This document shows positions 50,839 to 61,559 of a stretch of DNA of 64,000 bases, piece after piece. Source of the DNA: Cenococcum geophilum (taxonomy: Eukaryota); the NCBI GenBank assembly GCA_050273025.1, contig CP158635.1, forward strand, positions 30,442,001-30,506,000, given 5' to 3'. Both the position numbers and the translations under genes were made by a program. The notes under the pieces were generated by a model. It did no database searches. It was not told the origin of the DNA and was given only the letters and a program-made list of their open reading frames with translations. The number at the start of each line of letters is the position of its first letter. Position 1 is the stretch's first letter.

Positions 50839-53800
50839 TGTAACGGAACCTTGTAGCAAGAACTACGATGGGCTCGTTATTGGGCTAGGTGTGTAGGAAA
50901 TGCAAGTATAAAAGTCAACAACGTAATAACAACTGGTGAAGTGGTTGCCTAACAGATTAACTCTAATTGTATTCTAAGAATCACTATAAGGAAGGAACTA
51001 TCTAGGTAGGGACTAAGGGTCCTTAAATACACAACCGTACTCCTATAAAATCCTTCTTATACGTAATATACGTATACTCTATTTACTCTGTTATAGATTA
51101 TATAGATTACACAGATTATATAAATCACATTATATAACCTTAGTTACTATTCCTTATTACATAGTTTTATCGGCTCCATCCTAGACCGTGCCTAAATTAA
51201 CCAACTAGCTTCTTCCGTCTCTTCTCTAAGTAGTTATAATATTATACTTAAAGCGTCCGTAACACTATCTCCCTTCTTTTTATTTTCGTCCTTAAAGATT
51301 TAAAATATCTCCAAGTTGTTTACTAGAGGTATAATATCCGTTTAATTAATTTAGTTAATATTATTGCTTATTATACCTAAAGCAATTTCTTCTTCCTCAA
51401 CTGCTTGTCGTGCTCGTACTATTGCTATAATATTATCTCTTAGTAAGATTATACCGTCTCCGTATTCTCGCTATTTAAAAGAGGGGTTAGTTTATATTGC
51501 GTTAGCAAACCTATCTTTATAATAACCGTCCTTTTGCTTAGAGTGCACTAAAGCAAATATTTATTTATTTTATAACGTTTGCTTTACTTCTAATACTAAA
51601 TATACGCGACCTATTACCCTTAATAGTCGTCTAGTTCCCTAATTAATTTATCTTAGGGTTTCGTATTTAATCTGCTGCTACGCGGCTAGATAATAAACTA
51701 TCTATTACTCTTGCTAAATTGCGCTAATTTTAGGACGCTAAATAGGAGGCTGCCAATACTTAGTAACAGGCTTTTAAGTTTCATTTAGCGGCGTCCACTC
51801 GGCTAATCCGTCTTAAGAAGGTATATAAAAAGGTTTATTTTAAGGAGTAGAAACTTATAGAATAAGGTCTATAGGAACTAGGTAATAAAAAAACAGATTC
51901 TCCTCTAATAGAGAAGGAAATAGATCTAAGTAGTTTGGCAACTGCTCTTCTTAGGTCCCCCTTAGGTAACTTATTTTTTAGCGATTCTTTTTTATTAATA
52001 CTGCCTAACCTAATCTCTTCCGATACTCCTATACCTTTCCTATAGCATTCTTTAGATTCTCTAGTGGCTCCTAGGTAGTCTTAGTGTAGCCTATCTACTT
52101 AACCTTATACTATATTTCGTCGTCGGTGTCCTTATAATTAATAACCTCCAAAACTTACTATTTATCTTCTTCCTATCCTCTATACGTGTCTGCTTTATAG
52201 ACTAGTGGCTTAACATTCCTATATACTAGCTCTAGCATTGCGATGTGCTGTATAGGGTAGATCTTTATTTTAGCTAGTAGGTTTAACTTAAATATAACCG
52301 GTAAAATCCTCTATATAATTTTAAAAGGTCCTAGTCTAACATAGTCTAACTTCTTACTTAGTCGTTAACTCTTAAAATTTTTGTATAATAGCTATACTTT
52401 ATCTCCCTCCTTAAGATCTAGTCCCTTAGATCTCTTAGCATTATAGTACTTTTTTATTCTTTCTTATACTTTCTTTACTAATTCTATAAGGTCTGCATAA
52501 AGATTTATTAAATCCTTTATTCTCTCTTTGGCTCTACTACTTGTTTTTTTCACTTATTATAGTAATAACAATGTTCTTAGCTTATATCCGTAATTTATCT
52601 TAAATGGTAATATACCTATTCCTTCTTAAGGTATTGCATTATATGTAAATTGTATAACTAGTAATAGTAATACCTAATTATTCTATGCATAATTGATATA
52701 ATGCCTTAAGTACTGCTCTATCGTCTAATTTAATCTTTCCGTTTAGCTATCTGTCTATAGATAATATACGGTAAAAGTTACTACTTAAACTCCTTACTCC
52801 ACTAAAAACACTTCCTAAAATACTACTATGAATCTTAAATCTCTATCCAATATAATCTTGCTTAGTGCTCCGTATCTTATAAACACTTCTTTTATATAGA
52901 TTCTAGCAACATCTTCTGCTAAGATTTCTTCTGTATATACTATAAAGTATCCCTACTTTGTAAGCTTATCTACTATTACTAGGATTACGTTATAATCTTA
53001 TCCGGTAATAGGATCTTTTAATTTTAGCAACTTAATAATAAAGTCCTATAATATAACCTCCTATAGTCTCTCTAGTATTTTAATAGGTTATAGCCCTCTA
53101 TATAGCTTATACCTCGTTAGTTTATTCCTTTAGCAATTTAAATATTCCTTTATAACTTTTCTAGCTATCCTCTAGATTCCATTAATAATATACTCCTCCT
53201 AGAGTCTTAATACTAAGCTTGTAGCTCTATTATGTCCTTAAGTTAGTCCCTTATAGAAGTCTTCTATAAACTATTCTGCTATACTTCTTAGGATATACTT
53301 TACTTCCCAATTTTCGTATATATCCGCCTGTGGATCTTCTAGCTATACTTCTAGAATTCTTTACGCCTAAAAGCTTTCTGGTGTCTTGTAGACTTTCTCT
53401 AGTTTATCGTTTTCCCAAGTTACTGCGATTTTTAAATAATTGTATTTAATTAATCTGTCTATATCTTTTCGCAATAAAGCCCCTAATGGCTTTTCCTTAT
53501 TTTGTAGTTTAGCTTTGCGGCTTAAAGTATCTGCCCGCGTATTATCTGTACCTTTAGTATACTAAATTTTAAAATGGTATTCCATAAGTATTTCTACCCA
53601 TCTAACCTATCTTTAGTTAAGTTCCTTTATTATTAGGAATCCTATTAGGTTCTTATAATCCGTTTTAACTATAAATAGTTTTTCTATGCCTTATAAAAAT
53701 ACTCTCTATTCCTTTAATACTGTAACTATACCTAACAACTCCTTATTATAGATGTTATAGTTTAACTCTAGTAGTATTATCTTCCAACTATAGTATACTA

Positions 53801-56800
53801 CTAGGTGCCATCTATCTTAATGCCTTTATATAAAGTACGCCCCTAGTATATAGTCTAATATGTTTATCTCTATAACCGTCTCTAGTTTTAGTTAATAGAT
53901 CTTAAGAACTAGCTCTTAGGTAAATAACTCTTTAACTTTCTTAAAGAGTTCTTTTTACTCCTCTCCCTATACCTATAGTTCTTCTTTCTTTATTAACCGC
54001 GTAAATAGCTTAATATTCTTTAACTACTGCGCTATAAACCTTCTATAGTAATTGCAAAACCCTAGGAATAATCTTAACTATATAACGTTCTCTAGTTCCT
54101 ACTAATTTACTATAGCCTTGATCTTTTTTAGATCTATACTAAATTAGCCTAGTTTGATAATAAATCTAATAAAATCGGTCTTCCTAGTAAAGAACTCGCA
54201 TTTCTTAATTACTACTAGCATCTATTCCTTTTATAGTCTCTTTAAAACCCATTTAACGTGTTCTCTATATTCTTCCTCTATTATTAAGTAAATAATAATA
54301 TCGTTAAGATATACTATAACAAATTTATCTAAGTATTCTCCTAACACATTATTAATACGCTTCTAGAACATTACTAGTGTATTTATAAGCCCGAATTGTA
54401 TAACTAATAGTTTATACAGTCCTTCCTTTAACCTAAAGGCTGCCTTCCATTTATCGCCTTCCTTAATCCTAATCTAATAGTACGCCCATCTTAGATTTAT
54501 CTTCGTAAAGATTTACGCATTACCTATCCTGTTTTAGATTTCGCTAATTAAGGGTAAAGAATACCTATCCTTTCTAGTAATGCTGTTTAACTACCTATAG
54601 TTGATATATAGCCTTAGTTTACTATTTTTCTTTAGTATAAATAGTACTAGATAACCTACTAATAACTACGATAGTCTAATATATCCTTTTTATAGATTCT
54701 CCTAGATAAACTCTTTTAACGCTCTACCTTCTTCTTTAGTAAGCTTATAGATTAGAAAGAACTTTAGACTTATTCCTAGTTTTAACTCTATCTTATAGTC
54801 CTATGCTACATATTCTAACAGCTTTTTACTTTCCGGTAACCATAGTTTTCTGCTATACTTATAGTACTTCTTTGGTATATAACTTAGTCTTTTTTCTGTT
54901 TCTTTATAGGTTGCTCCTACTTAGTACTATACTAACTTGGCTTATTTTTATATTTTATGGCGTTAAGTATCTCCTATATCGACCTAGCCTGTAATCTAAT
55001 TAATCTTTAGATTGTATTCCTGTAACTAAGGTATACCTAGTACTACCTCGTTCTGTCCTAATAGTAGGATATTAAAAGACATCTTAATTTATCTTCCTTT
55101 AATAGTTATCTAAATAGGTCCTGTTTTGAGATTAATGATCCCTCCTCTATAGGTTATTGGATCTCCTAAAATCGTAACTAATAGGTAAGGTTACTCCTTT
55201 TATCTATAAGGTAATCCCATTCTCTTAACTACTACTGGTGAGATATAGTTTCGCGTTGCTCTACTATCTATTAGCGCTTTAAACTGCTAATCTTACTACT
55301 TAATTTATAAATTTAGGTGTTATTCTTAAATTCCTTTAAGGGTCTAAGGCTTTACTACTGGCTTCCCCTAGTTCTATAGGCCTCTACTTTTCCTAACTAT
55401 TAGCTGCTTAATCCTAGTACACTTAGCTTACTCTTTAGCCAATGCCTAGTTCGCTTTTTATCTTCGATATACTATAGACACGTATTTTTTAGGCATTCCC
55501 ACCACTGTCGTCTATTTAAGTATTCTTCTATAAGGAATCTTCCTAGTTAAAGTACTAAACTTCCTTCCTTTTAGGCCTCTACTGGATGCCATTTATATAT
55601 ATACTTAGCATTCCTATACTATTGCTTATCCGTTATCTAGTATATCCTTATAGGGTATTTCCAATTCTTTTCCTTTGGATTCTTATGCATTTCGTATATA
55701 TTATCCACGCATATAATCCATAATAGCGTATAGTGTGCTAGGTGCTTTAGGTTAACTCTTAGCTTATCTTTATTCCTAAGTTTAAACCTCTATTATATTA
55801 ATCTGAACGTTATAACTTTATTTATAGGTACTAAGATACGTCTTTTACTTCTCTAGTCCTCTAAACGTTCCTTTAGATCCTTTAACGTTATAATTAAGGC
55901 TCCTTTAATATGCGTTATAGCTTTTTCTATAATCGGGTGGTCCTAGATAACTTTTTTATCTAGCTATATATAGAAATCTTCCCACTTATTATTATGCCTT
56001 TGCCTATACTACTTTTAGTATAGCTGCTAGAGTATATACGGTTTGTCCGTAAGGAAGTATCTTCTTATTACTATATTGTAATAGCCCTTTATATATTATT
56101 CTTTAAACCTAGTTAGAATCCCTAGATCCTCTTTATTTTCCAGTTCGGTAAGCTACCTAGCTCTTAGTATACCTACTCTCGGCCTATTGGTAATTCTTTA
56201 TACTAGTGCTTTGTCCTTCGTATATCCTAATATGCTAGATCTCTTATCTAGTTTCTGTTCTTGCTATGCGATAATTCTTTACCTAAACTCTTCTATAGTT
56301 TCTTTTAGTTTACGCCTTGCGCTTTAATCCTTAAAGTTATCTTACTTCTCAATCCTAGTATTAAACTTTTAATCTTTAGGTTAAATACTGCGTTCCCCTA
56401 GTAAGTCTTCCGGGTCTATATATCTGTCTCCTAGTTTAACTACTATTTATATTACAGATTCTTTAATCTATAAAGAAGCTCCTTGCCTCTTACCTATAGG
56501 TGTCCTTATTCGTACTCCAAAATCTTAGTCCCTTAGATTCTTTAATCCTAAGCTTACTTCTAACTTAAGCTTAGCTCCCGCCTTAGTTTAACTAGGCGTC
56601 CGTAGTGTTCTCATCTCGTCTTAAAAGTCTTAAATCTCACTTATCTTGTCTTAAGAATCTTATGCCGTGGGAAACTCTTATCCCAAGCTTATTTATATGT
56701 TTCTGAACTAAGCTACTGCCCTATTCCATTGGTTTTCGTCTATTATAGGTCCTTAGGTATGCCTTATCTCGTCTTAAAAATCTTAAGTTTTTGGCCTTTT

Positions 56801-58782
56801 GCCTTTATCAAGTGCTAAAGTAGTTTACTATCCTACTTCTCTTACGTCTTATAAAGCGATAGACATTATATCTAGTGGGGTTCCGATCCCTACTAATATT
56901 CCCTATTCTATAGTAAAATTATCCTCTGCCTCTAGTATAACATCTCTAAGGTCTACTCGCTCCTAGTAAGCGGCCCTTATTACCTTATTATTACGAAATA
57001 TTTTACCTACATCAAATTTATCGTCCTTAATGTCCAATCTGCGAACTAGTTCGTTGGTTCCTTTATATCCTATAGGTGTTAGCTCCTATAGCTAATAGCT
57101 TGCGCCGTACTTAGCGTCCTTATAAATTTAGTATACGTTATTATAACAAAACGCAAAACTTCTAATTAAACATTCTTTTGTTCCTCGCAGTATATTGTCG
57201 TCCCTTTATATATATATATCGTCTACTAATCTTATACCTTTTACTACGTAGTAACTCTGCCTACTTTTACAGTCTCTAACGTAATAACCCTATTTTCTGT
57301 AATTTATGCAAGCTCCCTCTTTAAACTATTTTTCTTGCTATAAAGTCCGCCTAAATATCTTCTACTATTAAGATCCCTAATTCAGCCTCTGCTCCTTAGA
57401 CCTTTAATTACTTAATCCTTATCCTTTAGGTTTTTATAGTTTGCTCTATTTCTTATAGGCTTCTTTAATACCACTTAGGTCTATTAGCTTTGCGCTATAC
57501 TATATTTTTTAACTTAACTTTAGTTATTGCGTATTCTGCGCCTTATACAACTATAAAACTCTATCTTAGCCTCTCTTAGCCTATTCCCTTTAGAAGATCC
57601 TATTATTAATCTTAATTACTTAATCTATTAATTCCCTTAGGGTATCCGCATCTTTTATTAGAATAATTACGTCCTAGACTTTAGCCTTAAGTCCTTATTT
57701 ATACTGTGCTATAAGCGCCCTATTATTCCACTCTACTTATATTGCTAGTATCTGGAACTATATTATATACTTAATTGCTAAAGTTTATTATACGAGGTTC
57801 TGGAGTTTTCTTTTTATTGTAGTTGTTTCTTCCAGGTCTCTAAACATCTGCGTAAGTCATTTTGCGAATCCTTCCTAACTTAAGAATATAAATCGCACGT
57901 CTTGGTTAGTGGTCGTTATTCCATTTACCTATATCTCTATAAGGTAAAATTTAAACTACTTAAGTGCTTTTTCTAATAAGAATAGTCCTGTATAGGCTAT
58001 CCGATCCATAGGTATAGGTAACTTTATTCCTTCTTATAAGACCTTAAAGTATATCTGCGTAAGGAATCCTTTAAGCTTTAACCTCTCTCCTATAAATCTC
58101 TCAATTAATAATAGCTTAATCTTTACTGCTCCTATCCCGTTAAGTCTTTCTTTTAATACCATACAGTTATCTATTAGCTAGTCAACTATCGCCTATAATT
58201 ATCCGACCGTCATAGGTTGCTATAAGTTAGTATCTACCATACTAGTATCACCTCCTATTCCTAAAGTAGTTGCTGCCATTAATAGCATTATAGTGGCTGC
58301 TTTTAGTGGCATGTTATTCGACTTCTTATATTAATACTGTAACTAGGTAGTAATTATGTAACGGAACCTTATAGCAAGAACTACGATAGGCTCGTTATTG
58401 GGCTAGGTATATAGGAAATACAAGTATAAAAGTTAACAACGTAATAATAACTGGTGGAGTGGTTGCCTAACAGATTAACTTTAATTATATTCTAAGAATT
58501 ACTATAAGGAAGGAACTATCTAGGTAGGGACTAAGGGTCCTTAAATACACAACCGTACTCCTATGAAATCCTTCTTATATATAATATATATATACTCTAT
58601 CTGCTCTATTATAGATCATATAGATTACACAGATTATACAGATCACATTATGTGACCTTGGTTACCATTCCTCGTTATATAGTTCTATCGGCTCCATCCT
58701 GGACCGTGCCTGAATTAACCAACTAGCTTCTTCCGTCTCTTCTCCAAGTAGTTATAACATTGTACTTAAAGCGTCCGTAATA
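50839..58782 (-). mobile_element. Full-length RIPed Ty3/Gypsy chromovirus, element B (7.9 kb)
   Basis: 426-bp LTRs at 50839-51264 and 58357-58782; the differences I noted are all C/T or G/A. TSD CATAC at 50834-50838 and 58783-58787. PPT adjacent to 51265. gag ATG at 58312. RT VIVYL(N)DIII at about 54291-54330. Chromodomain at about 52035-52160. Confidence 0.97.
51373..52080 (+). pseudogene. RIPed antisense accessory gene of Gypsy B (Zn2Cys6-like motif plus coiled coil, one intron)
   Basis: The frame from ATA (RIPed ATG) at 51373 has no indels. Every stop is TAA/TAG, derivable from CAA/CAG/CGA. Cys spacing C-x2-C-x6-C-x13-C-x2-C-x8-C after TAT>TGT reversion. Putative intron 51602-51689. The 3' end is uncertain. 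Confidence 0.7.
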
Positions 58783-59077
58783 CATACGCTCCACGCCATT
58801 CATCTAGTAACGATATTTATAACCTCTACTTATATAAACAGTAAGATTTAAATATTTTAAAAATTAAATTTTATATATTTCTATAAGCGACGTCCTTACT
58901 ATAAGAGTTATTATATATTTTATTAATGTAATAGATTCTTTAGGTAATCATATCTATATATTTATAAATTATAACCCCCTACTAAGAATACTAAGGGGCG
59001 AGATACATCGTTGCAGAACGTAAGCTAATTTTTAATTTAAATGTTTTATAGATTTTAACTAAAACCGACTAACTACC

Positions 59078-59395
59078 TATATCTAACTTCTTATAAAATA
59101 GAGCTATAATATTACTATAATATAGAGGCAATAGAGAAGATAAAGAGCTTTTAGCTTATAGTATTTTAGAAATAATTAAACCTAGAGAAGTATATAAGTT
59201 TTAGTAGTAAGGCAAAATTATAACAAAACTAGACTAAAACTGATTAACTACCTATATCTAACTTCTTATAAATAGAGCTATAATATTACTATAATATAGA
59301 GGTAATAGAGAAGAAAAAGAGCTTTTAGCTCTTATTATTTTAGAGATAATTAGATATAGAGAAGTATATAAGGCATAGCAGTGAGGCAAGATTAC
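59078..59395 (+). repeat. Tandem duplication of a ~155-bp RIPed unit
   Basis: AACTACCTATATCTAACTTCTTATAAA...GAGCTTTTAGCT...AGAGAAGTATATAAG occurs twice, starting at about 59091 and 59246. Confidence 0.85.
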
Positions 59396-60105
59396 GACGA
59401 GAAAATGCAACCGACAGGGAAGTGCGACTGATAAAAAAATGCGACTAATAAAATGCAACTAACGCAACCGACTATATAATATAGCTACAACGTTATTATT
59501 TAATGCAATAGATAAAGAAATTAAAGAGCTCCTACCTTATAGTATTTTTTATAATAACTAGACGTTATAAAAGGGTTAAGATACGCGTTATAGTAAAAGA
59601 GTTATCGCCTAATAAGAAACATTGAGTTCTTATATAAAGGGCGCCCATAAGCTCTCAGACCCTTAGGGAGAAATTCCTCTTAGTGTAATTTGATTGGTCT
59701 AGGAGTCCATAGGACTAGGGTAAGGTCTATAAGCGTAGCGCTAGTCCTTCTACGTTGTAGCGTAATTTCTCCCCAGGGGTCTAATTTATAAGATAACCTA
59801 AAATCAAAATTAGGTAATGATACTATATATTAACACCCGTGAAGTCGCAATTAGGTAATTGGCTACAATAAAATAGGTCGTAATTGATTGCTATTTAGTG
59901 TTCTAACCCCGTCGATTTTGGAGTTGTTACTTATATCTTAATAGAGTCGTAATTATATCTTTATTATAATCTTCTTATTATTCCTTATAAAGATAAAGCT
60001 TTTATAAGGTGTTAAGTGCCTTATTAAGCTTGATTTGAGGTTATTTAATAACTTCCTTATTTATCTATATTATATAACTAGTGTTTATATAGCTACCTTA
60101 CTACG

Positions 60106-61559
60106 TGTAAGGGCGCGGAAAGACTTTAGGGAAGATTTGAAGGAATAATATAAATTCTATCTAAATCTAAGGGTATATAGCTCTCGCTAAGAACAAGACA
60201 TTGCGTAAAGAAGAGAAGGGAATAATAAGAGAATTATATAATTAAATAGTTAGGGGCTTAGTAGTTAATGCGTGCATATATATGCACGCGGTCTTTAACG
60301 GACTTTAGTAAAATTTAATTAATCTAGCAGAATTTAGTTAAAGCGTTAGAATTTATCTGTTGAGTATTTTACCGAGATATTCCTACTATAACTAAGCTAG
60401 TCCCGTTATAGTACCCCCCCCTTTTAGCCAAAGGTCTAAATAATTTAATTTTATTTAAGATTTATAACTTATTGCGTATTATATTTTCGCGTTAGGTAGC
60501 GGTATAGGGTTTTACCAATTCTATTATTAAATAGGCTAATTAGGATTTTCTATCCCCGGGATAAAAAATTACTATTAGCTTAATTAAGGCGGTAAGTAGA
60601 ACTAATATCTTTATAGTAGGTCTTGGTAAGGCAGATCTAACTAATTAGATAACTTTAACCGGTGGTTAAAGTTCCTTAATATCTTATATATTACGTAATT
60701 ATATTATAAACGTTATAATATATTTTAAGTTCTTTTTAATTTTAAGCTTCCTGCTATTATATTTCGTATATTTATATTAGGTGGCAGTTATTTACCTTTA
60801 TATTATATCTATTTAGCTAAAGTAGGCCACGAAGGATAGTCCTTATAGAATTCTTTTACTAAAAAAGGCGCGTCGGCCTTAATCTAGTTATAGGTTTCCT
60901 AGGTTTATATTTTATATCATTCCTATTTAATAAGAAGTTTAAATTATTTAAATCGTGTTTTCTATTATATATTATTAATTAAGTTAATAAAGTAAGAACT
61001 ATTACCGTTATTAATAATTATAGGAGATAGTAGCGGCACTTTATAAATTATAGGTTTACCTTTTAAGGGTTATAGCAAGTTTATATAAAACGTTAGATAT
61101 ATTTTTATTTTAGTTAGTAGTTTAAGCTTATAAGCGTACGGGCTTAGTTTCTTCTTAATTTAGTATAGGCCCGCAAATTTCTAGTCTAGTTTGTTTAAGG
61201 GTCTTTAAGTCTTTAGGTTTTGTATATTTAGGTAAACTATATTACCTTCCTTAAAGTCCTATATAGGAGCTCGTCCTTTATTTATATGCTATTCTTATAC
61301 CGTTTAAGCATACACTAATTTACTTTATAATAGTTCCATTAACTACTTTATTTAATTAGCAAAGTTATATACGTTAATTAGTTAAATCCTCTTAATTATA
61401 GGTCCTATTATATTAATTTTAGGTTATAGTTTAAATCTAAGTTAAGGGTTTTGTCCGTGGTATTACTATTAGGGTCTTTAATACGAGTACTTTAGCGTTA
61501 TAGAGTTCTTTATGTATTACTTTAATTAATTGCTAATACTAAGCTTTTAATATAGTTTG
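60106..61559 (-). mobile_element. 3' end of a heavily RIPed Gypsy (element C): integrase tail/chromodomain, PPT and LTR, interrupted by element D
   Basis: Reverse-complement PPT CCCCCCCCTTTT at about 60414-60425 next to an LTR end CCCGTTATA (RIPed TGTAACGGG). Chromodomain-like remnant at about 60830-61000. The outer LTR boundary (TGTAAGGG at 60106) is tentative. Confidence 0.7.

Larger units (their letters stand above)
50320..59900. mobile_element. Old long-TIR non-autonomous DNA element that hosts Gypsy element B
   Basis: Patchy colinear inverted similarity between about 50330-50660 and 59630-59880, e.g. GTCTGAGAGCTTATAGGCG vs GTCTGAGAGCTTATGGGCG and CGGCCTATTTTAT vs CGACCTATTTTAT. Ends are imprecise. 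Confidence 0.45.
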
